From the NCBI GenBank assembly GCA_040398125.1, contig JBBAUQ010000002.1, positions 1 through 32,662 of the forward strand: a stretch of 32,662 nucleotides of DNA, written 5' to 3'. The number at the start of each line of letters is the position of its first letter. Positions within the stretch are counted from its first letter, which is position 1. Of the stretch, positions 9,103 through 16,284 are shown in pieces. Position numbers and translations under genes: made by a program. Source of the stretch: Solirubrobacterales bacterium. Lineage in GTDB: Bacteria > Actinomycetota > Thermoleophilia > Solirubrobacterales > 70-9. The notes under the pieces were generated by a model, which did no database searches, was not told the DNA's origin, and was given only the letters and a program-made list of their open reading frames with translations.

Positions 9103-9783
9103 GTGTCTGACCAACAGGACAACAACGCCAACGGCCAGGATGAAACCCAGGTAGAGCTGCCGAAGGCTCAGCCAAGGGGTTACTTCGAGGGCGAGTCGAT
9201 GACCCGCCGCAAGGCCTTCATCGTCGGCAGCCAGGCCCTCGGCGGCTTGGCCGGCGCCGCGGTCATTCTCCCGGTGGTCGGTTTCGCGGTTGCCCCGGTC
9301 CTGACCAAGGGCCGTGAGCGCTGGGAGGCAGTAGGCCGGGTAGACGACTTCGAGGCAGATACCTACCGGCCGGTCGTGTTCACCGAGACCGAGAACATCG
9401 GCGAGGTCGGCAAGACGACGGCCTACGTCCGGAAGGGTTCGGATGAGAACGAGGGCGAGACCTCGAAGGACTTCGTCGCCATCTCGACCCGCTGCGCCCA
9501 CCTGGGCTGCCCGGTTCGGTTCGTTCAGAGTGCCAAGAACTTCATCTGCCCCTGCCATGGCGGCGTTTACGACTTCATCGGCAAGCGGATCGGCGGGCCG
9601 CCCGTCCGACCGCTCGACCGGTTCCAGACCAGGGTGCGTGACGGCAAGGTAGAAATCGGGCCCCGCTACTCGGTGACCAACCAGCTGAAAGCCGTCAGGA
9701 CCCGCGATCCCGGTGAGTTCACCGGTGGCATCTGGGAGTATCTGTACCCACCACGTCCAACCGTCCTGCCGCCGCCCAACTAG
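9103..9783 (+). CDS. qcrA: Menaquinol-cytochrome c reductase Rieske iron-sulfur subunit
   Basis: CAHLGCPV and CPCHGGVYD cluster-binding boxes. Twin-arginine motif TRRKAFIV followed by a hydrophobic helix. The alternative start ATG at 9199 lies directly before the RR motif. Confidence 0.9.
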   Translation: MSDQQDNNANGQDETQVELPKAQPRGYFEGESMTRRKAFIVGSQALGGLAGAAVILPVVGFAVAPVLTKGRERWEAVGRVDDFEADTYRPVVFTETENIGEVGKTTAYVRKGSDENEGETSKDFVAISTRCAHLGCPVRFVQSAKNFICPCHGGVYDFIGKRIGGPPVRPLDRFQTRVRDGKVEIGPRYSVTNQLKAVRTRDPGEFTGGIWEYLYPPRPTVLPPPN

Positions 9784-9811
9784 TGACCAGACGAGGAAGA
9801 TGAACGAGTAG

Positions 9812-10846
9812 ATGAAGCTACCGCTACCGACAAGGAAGAAGGAAAGCGAATCTTCCAACGGGGCCGAGCCGGCCGAGGCGACCCCCAACGGAGACGCTCC
9901 CGCCCCGACCAAGCGTGAGCGGGTCAAGAAGGCAACCACCCACCACGGTGCCGAAGCGGCGAAGAGCACTGTCGACTGGGTAGACGAGCGGGTAGCCGGC
10001 TCCGGCATCTACACGGCGATGCTGACCCGGAAGGTGCCCAAGGGGACCAACTGGTTCTACACCCTCGGCTCCTCGGTCATGTTCATCTTCGCCATGCAGG
10101 CGACGACCGGGGTGGTCCTGGCGATGTACTACACGCCGTCACCGACCGAGGCCTACGCGACGATCACCCACATCACCCAGGACGTCTTCCTCGGAAAATT
10201 CGTCCGGGCGATGCACCTGTGGGGCGCCAGCCTGATGATCATCCTGATCTTCCTCCACATGGCGCGTACCTTCTTCTTCGGTGCCTACAAGTACCCGCGG
10301 GAGCTCAACTGGATCATCGGCGTCGTGCTGATCGTCCTCACCCTGGTCATGGGCCTGACCGGCTACCTGCTCCCGTTCGACCAGCGTTCTTACTGGGCCA
10401 CGATCGTGGCCAACAACATCACCGCGTCGGGGCCGGTCCTCGGGCCCTACCTGGCTGACTTCCTGCGGGCCGGTGGTGACTTCAGCACCACGACGCTCTC
10501 GCGTTTCTACGCGCTCCACATGCTGGTCGTCCCCGGCCTGATCGGGGCCCTGATCGCTGCCCATCTGTTCCTCGTGGTCAAGCTCGGCACTACCGCCCCG
10601 CCCTGGGTCAAGGCACCCCGTCCGAAGCCGGCCAGGCCGACCGAGATGGTGCCGGCCGGTGTTGCGGTGGCCGACGACACCATGATTTCGCTGAACGGCG
10701 GCGGGAACGGCGCCGTGGTGATCGAGGAAGAAGCTGCCGTCAGGACCAACGGAGCCTCGTCCCATGCCGAGGCCGATGCGCCGGAGCAACCGGCCGAACC
10801 GGCCGATGGCGAAGCCGGCTCTCCCGACGAAGGTGAAGCGACATGA
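9812..10846 (+). CDS. qcrB: Cytochrome b (b6-like N-terminal half) with N- and C-terminal low-complexity extensions
   Basis: Helix B HLWGASLMIILIFLH (His-x13-His) and helix D HMLVVPGLIGALIAAH (His-x14-His). The protein ends after helix D and continues into an Ala/Glu/Pro-rich tail. Confidence 0.9.
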   Translation: MKLPLPTRKKESESSNGAEPAEATPNGDAPAPTKRERVKKATTHHGAEAAKSTVDWVDERVAGSGIYTAMLTRKVPKGTNWFYTLGSSVMFIFAMQATTGVVLAMYYTPSPTEAYATITHITQDVFLGKFVRAMHLWGASLMIILIFLHMARTFFFGAYKYPRELNWIIGVVLIVLTLVMGLTGYLLPFDQRSYWATIVANNITASGPVLGPYLADFLRAGGDFSTTTLSRFYALHMLVVPGLIGALIAAHLFLVVKLGTTAPPWVKAPRPKPARPTEMVPAGVAVADDTMISLNGGGNGAVVIEEEAAVRTNGASSHAEADAPEQPAEPADGEAGSPDEGEAT

Positions 10847-11547
10847 ACAACCGGGAGAAGGAGGACTACCTCAGGGAGTACGAGCAGCTGAAGAAGAAGG
10901 GCAAGTCCTTCTTCCCGTACGCGATCATGAAGGACTCGGTCATGTTCCTGATCGTGGCCCTGATCCTGGTTGCCATGGCCCTCGTACTCGGGGTCGGTCA
11001 GGGGCCCAAGGCCGACCCGACCACGACCACCTACGTGCCTCGCCCCGAGTGGTACTTCTTCTTCCTCTTCGAACTGCTCAAGGTGATCAAGCCGCCGGCG
11101 CTGGTGCCGCTGGCCACCATCGGCATCCCGACCATCTGTTTGATCCTCCTTCTACTCCTGCCCTTCTATGACCGGGGTCCCGAGCGGATCCCGTGGCGCC
11201 GGCCGATCGCCAGCATCGCCGGGATCATGGTGATCATCTCGATGGGCTACCTCACCTACATGGGTGCCAGTGCCGGTTCCCCGACCGAGATCGAACTCGA
11301 GACCGAGCCCCAGTTCGAGAAGGGCAAACAGGTCGTTGCCCAGTCGGGCTGCCTGGCCTGCCACGCGATCGGCGAGAACGGTGTGGAGGGTGGACTCGGG
11401 CCCGACATGACCGAGATCGGGGCGAAGCTACCGCGGGCCGCGATCAAGCGTTCGGTGGAGATCGGCCCCGGGATCATGCCCTCGTTCAGGGGTCTGGGCG
11501 AGAAGAAGCTGAACGAGGTTGCCGATTACCTCGCTTCACTCGACTAG
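10843..11547 (+). CDS. qcrC: Cytochrome b C-terminal (subunit IV-like) domain fused to a monoheme cytochrome c
   Basis: PEWYFFFLFELLK (Qo-site PEWY motif), TM helices, then heme c motif CLACH with a downstream IMPSF Met ligand candidate. ATGA overlap with qcrB. Confidence 0.85.
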   Translation: MNNREKEDYLREYEQLKKKGKSFFPYAIMKDSVMFLIVALILVAMALVLGVGQGPKADPTTTTYVPRPEWYFFFLFELLKVIKPPALVPLATIGIPTICLILLLLLPFYDRGPERIPWRRPIASIAGIMVIISMGYLTYMGASAGSPTEIELETEPQFEKGKQVVAQSGCLACHAIGENGVEGGLGPDMTEIGAKLPRAAIKRSVEIGPGIMPSFRGLGEKKLNEVADYLASLD

Positions 11548-11556
11548 GTAGGGGCC

Positions 11557-12288
11557 ATGTCCGAGGCGCCTCCCCGCCGGGGCGACCAGGAGTTCCCCGC
11601 GCAGGTCAACTCGATGTTCGACCGCATCAGCGGCGTCTACGACCGGATGAACCGTGTGATGACGGCCGGGATGGACCAGAAGTGGCGCCAGAGGGCGGCC
11701 GATCTGGCTCGGCTACAGCAGGGCGATCGGGCGCTCGACCTCTGCTGTGGGACCGGGGATCTCAGCCTGATCCTGGCCGATCGGGTCGGCCCTGCGGGCG
11801 AAGTCATCGGAGCCGACTTCTCGCAGCCGATGTTGGACCTTGCCGGGGAGAAGGCCGTCGGTGGAGATGTCACCCAGCTTAGCTTCGAGTGGGCCGATGC
11901 ACTGGAGCTGCCCTACCCGGGCGACACCTTCGACGCCCTGACCATCGCTTTCGGAGCCCGCAACCTGGCCGACCTCGACCTCGGCCTGTCCGAGATGTAC
12001 CGCGTCCTGGCCCCCGGTGGACGCCTGGTGATCCTCGAGATAACCCAGCCGGCAAGGCAGCCCCTCAAGTCGTTCTACGGCCTGTGGTTCGATCGTTTCG
12101 TTCCGTTACTCGGGAAGCTGGCCGGCGATGAAGCGGCCTACGGTTACCTGCCGTCTTCGGTTCGTTCCTTCCCCGACCCAGAGACCCTGGCCGGGCGGAT
12201 GGCGGCGGCCGGATTCGTCGGGATCGGGTGGTCCCTGATGGCCGGGGGGATCATCGCCCTGCACCACGGGGAAAAGCCGCTCCGGTGA
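11557..12288 (+). CDS. menG: Demethylmenaquinone methyltransferase (UbiE/MenG family)
   Basis: FDRISGVYDRMNRVMTAGMDQKWR signature, SAM motif LDLCCGTGD, typical length. Confidence 0.9.
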   Translation: MSEAPPRRGDQEFPAQVNSMFDRISGVYDRMNRVMTAGMDQKWRQRAADLARLQQGDRALDLCCGTGDLSLILADRVGPAGEVIGADFSQPMLDLAGEKAVGGDVTQLSFEWADALELPYPGDTFDALTIAFGARNLADLDLGLSEMYRVLAPGGRLVILEITQPARQPLKSFYGLWFDRFVPLLGKLAGDEAAYGYLPSSVRSFPDPETLAGRMAAAGFVGIGWSLMAGGIIALHHGEKPLR

Positions 12289-13271
12289 CCTCCGAGCGCT
12301 CGATCCCGGAACCGGTCACGGCGGTCCTCGAGGGGGCCGGCGCCTGGCTGCCCGGTGAGCTCGCCAGGGTAGAGGCCGGACTGACCGAAGTCATCGATGG
12401 CCTCGGTCCGCTCGCTACCGACGGGGCCGCAACCCTCCGGGCCGGAGGCAAGCGGATGCGACCGATGCTGGTCCTCCTCTGCGCCGGCCCCGAGGGAGGC
12501 GAGGCCGCCGTCCGGGCCGCCGTTGCGGTCGAGCTGATCCACATGGCAAGCCTGGTCCACGACGATGTCCTCGACCGTGCGCCGCTTCGGCGCGGCATCC
12601 CGACCACCTACGCCACGGCCGGGCGCGAGAGGGCGACGACCCTCGGGGATGCACTCTTCTCCTCGACCTTCGCCATGCTTGCCCGGGCCGGTGACCTCCG
12701 GGCGACCGAGCTGTTGAGTCTCACCGCAGTGGACCTCGCCCGGGGTGAGCTTCTCCAGCGGGAGGGTGCGTACGACCTCGGCCTCACGGCGGGGGACTAC
12801 GAGACCCGATGTCGGCTGAAGACCGGGAGTCTTTTCTCTGCTGCCTGCGTTCTAGGTGGGGAGGCCGGCGGCGTGGACCCGGAACAGTCCGAGGGCCTGG
12901 CCGATTTCGGCAGGGGGATCGGACTGGCATTCCAGCTGTTGGATGACGTGCTCGACCTGGCCGGCCCACCCGAGCGAACCGGCAAGGCCCGGGGTACCGA
13001 CCTGCTGGACGGCACCGTCACCCTGCCGGTGATCAGGGCGATCGAGCTTGATCCGAGTCTGGCCGAGGTTGACCTCAACCAGTTGGATGAGGACTCGGTT
13101 GGCGAGTTGAGTGAGCGGATCGCTGCGACCGGGGCACTCGACCAGGTCCGGGCCGAGGCGCTGGCGATGATCGATCGGGCCAAGTCGAGTCCGGCCCTGG
13201 AGTCGATGGACCCCGAACAGCGTCGACTGCTCGAGCTGGTGGCTGATGGAGTCGTCCAGCGGTATTCATGA
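12285..13271 (+). CDS. hepT: Long-chain trans-polyprenyl diphosphate synthase (HepT/component II type)
   Basis: GGKRMRP, first Asp-rich motif LVHDDVLD, second motif LLDDVLD. The GTG at 12285 overlaps the menG stop (GTGA). Confidence 0.85.
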   Translation: MTSERSIPEPVTAVLEGAGAWLPGELARVEAGLTEVIDGLGPLATDGAATLRAGGKRMRPMLVLLCAGPEGGEAAVRAAVAVELIHMASLVHDDVLDRAPLRRGIPTTYATAGRERATTLGDALFSSTFAMLARAGDLRATELLSLTAVDLARGELLQREGAYDLGLTAGDYETRCRLKTGSLFSAACVLGGEAGGVDPEQSEGLADFGRGIGLAFQLLDDVLDLAGPPERTGKARGTDLLDGTVTLPVIRAIELDPSLAEVDLNQLDEDSVGELSERIAATGALDQVRAEALAMIDRAKSSPALESMDPEQRRLLELVADGVVQRYS

Positions 13272-13323
13272 GCCCCGTGGATCCCGGTGATCGCCGCCCC
13301 GGGGTCTGGAATACTGCGCCCGC

Positions 13324-13887
13324 ATGGTTCTAAGCGACCAAACGATCCGTGAGGAGATCGACGCCGGCCGGATAGTGGTCGATCCCTTCGACCCGGCCAT
13401 GGTCCAGCCTTCGAGCATCGACCTCCGGGTCGACTCCTCCTACCGGGTCTTCAACAACTCGCTCTACCCCTACATCGACGTCAAGCAGCCGATGGAGGAC
13501 CTGACTGAACTCGTTCGTACCGGCGAGGACGAGGCCTTCATCCTCCACCCCGGGGAGTTCGTTCTCGGCCAGACCCTGGAGCGGGTCCAGATCCCCGATG
13601 ACCTGGTGGCCCGGCTCGAGGGCAAGAGTTCGCTCGGCAGGCTCGGCCTGTTGATCCACTCGACGGCAGGCTTCGTCGACGCAGGGTTCTCGGGCAATCT
13701 CACGCTGGAACTCTCCAATGTGGCCAATCTGCCGATCACCATCTACCACGGCATGCCGATCGGCCAGCTCTCCTTCATGAGGATGGATCGCCCGGTTGAG
13801 ATCCCTTACGGGGCAGATGCTAAGGGGTCCAAGTACCAGGACCAGGCCGAGCCGACAGCCTCGCGCTACTACCTCAACTTCTCCTGA
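13324..13887 (+). CDS. dcd: dCTP deaminase
   Basis: Typical Dcd N-terminus and PSSIDLRV...[10 protein letters not shown] pattern, 187 aa. Upstream TGgAATACT lies 8 nt before the ATG (extended -10-like). Confidence 0.88.
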   Translation: MVLSDQTIREEIDAGRIVVDPFDPAMVQPSSIDLRVDSSYRVFNNSLYPYIDVKQPMEDLTELVRTGEDEAFILHPGEFVLGQTLERVQIPDDLVARLEGKSSLGRLGLLIHSTAGFVDAGFSGNLTLELSNVANLPITIYHGMPIGQLSFMRMDRPVEIPYGADAKGSKYQDQAEPTASRYYLNFS

Positions 13888-13927
13888 TTAAGGGGCTTTT
13901 CAGGGCGGATCGGTACGATCCCGTCCA

Positions 13928-14242
13928 GTGGTCCCGAACGTAGGCATACTCGAAATAGTGATCGTCCTGGCGATCGCGTTGATCGTCTTCGGCCCGCGCC
14001 GGCTGCCCGAACTCGGTCGCTCGCTAGGCAAGGGGATCAGGGAGTTTCGTGAGGGAGTCACCCATCTGGGCCAGGACCTCGAGGATGAAGTCGACGAAGA
14101 GGGTGCACCCAAGGGCGAGGCCGACGGTTCGTCTACCCCGGCGATCGGTTCCGGCAGCGATGAGGTCGAGGTCACCGAGATCTCGGCCGATGGCAAGACC
14201 GAGGACGAGGAACTGGTCCGGGAGCAGCGGGAAGGAAGTTAG
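13928..14242 (+). CDS. tatA: Sec-independent translocase subunit TatA/E
   Basis: N-terminal TM then FGPRRLPELGRSLGKGIREFREG amphipathic helix and an acidic tail. TACGAT (13914-13919) lies 8 nt before the GTG. Confidence 0.88.
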   Translation: MVPNVGILEIVIVLAIALIVFGPRRLPELGRSLGKGIREFREGVTHLGQDLEDEVDEEGAPKGEADGSSTPAIGSGSDEVEVTEISADGKTEDEELVREQREGS

Positions 14243-14248
14243 TCGGCC

Positions 14249-15016
14249 ATGGCCGGGCTGAAGCCCATAAGGCACGATCAGGAGCTGTCACTGATCGACC
14301 ACTTGGACGAGCTTCGGTCGAGGCTGATCCTCTCCCTGGTGGTGCTGGTCGTTGCCTTCGCGGTCTGCTTCTGGCAGAGCGACTTCGTGCTCGATCTCGC
14401 CGCAGACCCCCTGCCGCTGGCCAACCGGGACCTGCTGGTCCTGGCCCCAGCCGAAGCGTTCATGACTACGATCACCGTCTGCCTCTACGGGGCACTGGTG
14501 CTCGCCGCCCCCTTCATCAGTTACCAGATCTTTGCCTACGTCCTGCCGGCCTTCTCCCCCCGGGAACGGCGGACGATCCTGCCGATAGTCCTCGCCATCC
14601 CGTTGCTCTTCTTCGCCGGGGTCGTCTTCTCCTACTTCATCATCCTGCCGGCGGCGATCGACTTCCTGCTCAACTTCAACGCATCCCAGTTCAATACGGA
14701 GCTCCGAGCCCGTGACTACTACGGCTTCTTCGGGATCACCATGCTCGCCGGCGGTGTCGTCTTCCAGCTGCCGGTGATCATTCTCGGGATGGTTCGCCTG
14801 GGGATCGTGACCGTGGACCAGCTCAGGCGTAATCGCAAGTACGCCGTGCTGATCATCGCCGTCATCGCAGCCGCCCTGCCAGGCGTGGACCCGATTACGA
14901 TGCTGATCGAAATGGTTCCGCTGCTTGTCCTCTACGAGTTGAGTATCGTGATTGCCCGGGTGTTCGGGAGCGGCAGGGGGTCCGAAGTCCTCGAGCCCGA
15001 GATCCAGGAGAACTGA
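14249..15016 (+). CDS. tatC: Sec-independent translocase subunit TatC
   Basis: LIDHLDELRSRLI N-terminus, six hydrophobic segments, immediately downstream of tatA. Confidence 0.9.
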   Translation: MAGLKPIRHDQELSLIDHLDELRSRLILSLVVLVVAFAVCFWQSDFVLDLAADPLPLANRDLLVLAPAEAFMTTITVCLYGALVLAAPFISYQIFAYVLPAFSPRERRTILPIVLAIPLLFFAGVVFSYFIILPAAIDFLLNFNASQFNTELRARDYYGFFGITMLAGGVVFQLPVIILGMVRLGIVTVDQLRRNRKYAVLIIAVIAAALPGVDPITMLIEMVPLLVLYELSIVIARVFGSGRGSEVLEPEIQEN

Positions 15017-15025
15017 GAAGGAAGC

Positions 15026-15895
15026 GTGAGCGAGGAACCGGAAAACAGGATGCTGTTCGACCTTCGGGGTCGCCGTAAGCGGGTGATCCAGGTCATCTAC
15101 GTGATGCTGGCGTTCGTGATGGCAGCAAGCCTCCTGGTCATCGGCCTGCCCGGAGGGATCAACCCGTTCGGAGGCGGTGGCGGCGACGTGGTCTCCCAGG
15201 ATCTGGCTGACCTCTCGATCGAGAGGGCCGAGAACCTCGAGCAGCGACTGGCAACCTCGCCCAACAGTGTCAATGCCCAGGAGGAGCTGATCAGGGCTCG
15301 AATCACGGCCGGTAACAACCTGATCGAAGTCGATGACCAGGGCCAGCAGCAGGGCGTGACCCCCGAGGCGGCCGAGCAGTACGACCTGGCCGCCCAGGCC
15401 TGGGAGGACTACTTGAAGACGAGTTCGGGCAACCCCGATCAGGGAGTTGCCCAGCTGGTCGCCAACACCCTCTTCTCACTCGCCCAAGGGTCGACCATTG
15501 CCCAGTTCGAGAGCAACGTCCAGGGTGCGGCCGAGGCCCAGGCGCTGGTTGCCCGGGAGGCCGAGAAGGCCTATGACGGCGGCAAGGGTGACGGGCCGCC
15601 CCCGACGGCCGCCCTCGTCACCCTGGCTACGTACCAGTTCTATTCCCAGGATTTCGCTGCGGCGAACCAGTCACGCAAGCGCGCCCTGGCCGGCATCGAG
15701 AGCGAGGGCCAGAGGAAACAGGTCACCCAGCAGCTGGATGCGGTCGAGAAGGACGCCAAGCGGATCAAGAAGGTCCTTGCCAAGGCCAAGAAGGAGGCAA
15801 GGAAGGAGGGCGGCAAGTCCCTCGAGGATCCGTTCGGAGGTCTCGGTTCGCCCAGCACCGGACAGATCTCTGAGGGAACTGCTCCGACGCCCTAG
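15026..15895 (+). CDS. Hypothetical membrane-anchored helical protein
   Basis: Good SD (GAAGGAAG) before the GTG. One N-terminal TM (VIQVIYVMLAFVMAASLLVIGL), then an Ala/Gln/Glu-rich helical region and a Lys-rich tail. I recognised no family. Confidence 0.6.
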   Translation: MSEEPENRMLFDLRGRRKRVIQVIYVMLAFVMAASLLVIGLPGGINPFGGGGGDVVSQDLADLSIERAENLEQRLATSPNSVNAQEELIRARITAGNNLIEVDDQGQQQGVTPEAAEQYDLAAQAWEDYLKTSSGNPDQGVAQLVANTLFSLAQGSTIAQFESNVQGAAEAQALVAREAEKAYDGGKGDGPPPTAALVTLATYQFYSQDFAAANQSRKRALAGIESEGQRKQVTQQLDAVEKDAKRIKKVLAKAKKEARKEGGKSLEDPFGGLGSPSTGQISEGTAPTP

Positions 15896-15897
15896 GC

Positions 15898-15925
15898 CTG
15901 ACGAGCCGGTCGGGCAATCTATAAT
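15898..15925 (+). promoter_or_regulatory. Candidate promoter for tRNA-Lys
   Basis: CTGACG (15898-15903), 16-nt spacer, perfect TATAAT (15920-15925), about 50 nt upstream of the tRNA. Confidence 0.4.
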
Positions 15926-15974
15926 CCTCGCGAGGTTCCGGATCATGCCCCAGGGCGGGTGAGATCCGCGACCA

Positions 15975-16047
15975 GGGCCGTTAGCTCAGTTGGTAGAGCA
16001 GGAGACTCTTAATCTCAAGGTCGAAGGTTCGATCCCTTCACGGCCCA
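15975..16047 (+). tRNA. tRNA-Lys (anticodon CTT)
   Basis: Hand-folded 73-nt cloverleaf: acceptor GGGCCGT/ACGGCCC, anticodon loop CTCTTAA, T arm GAAGG-TTCGATC-CCTTC. Confidence 0.9.
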
Positions 16048-16149
16048 TTCAGGATGGCCTCACCGGCCACTTCCCGGCCCGAGCCCTGGCCTGCCGACAG
16101 GCGTCGGGGTTGGGATCGGAATTCACCAGGACCGCGGCCTCGATCCCAG

Positions 16150-16222
16150 TGGCGAGGGCCGGGATCGAACCGGCGACACCACGATTTTCAGTCGTGTGCT
16201 CTACCAACTGAGCTACCTCGCC
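16150..16222 (-). tRNA. tRNA-Phe (anticodon GAA)
   Basis: The reverse complement folds as a 73-nt cloverleaf: acceptor GGCGAGG/CCTCGCC, anticodon loop CTGAAAA, T arm GCCGG-TTCGATC-CCGGC. Confidence 0.9.
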
Positions 16223-16284
16223 TGCGCCGGTAAGGGTATCCACTCGGCCCGGGTCGCAACCTGACGCCACCGCGGTCTGATCGA

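Noticed and set aside
8443-10008. 521-aa ORF on the minus strand spanning the hepS-like gene, qcrA and the qcrB start.
   Set aside because: It lies antisense to genes with unambiguous motifs (Rieske boxes, cytochrome b). Its product is a low-complexity Arg/Gly/Pro/Ala-rich sequence typical of spurious antisense ORFs in GC-rich DNA.
15975-16222. The convergent tRNA-Lys/tRNA-Phe pair as an integration hotspot or genomic-island boundary.
   Set aside because: I saw no integrase, no direct repeat of a tRNA 3' end, and no compositional shift on either side. Only about 100 nt separate the two tRNAs.
16237-16243. TATCCAC, which resembles the core of a DnaA box, upstream of tRNA-Phe.
   Set aside because: It is a single partial match, with no cluster of boxes and no AT-rich unwinding element. 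It most likely occurs by chance.
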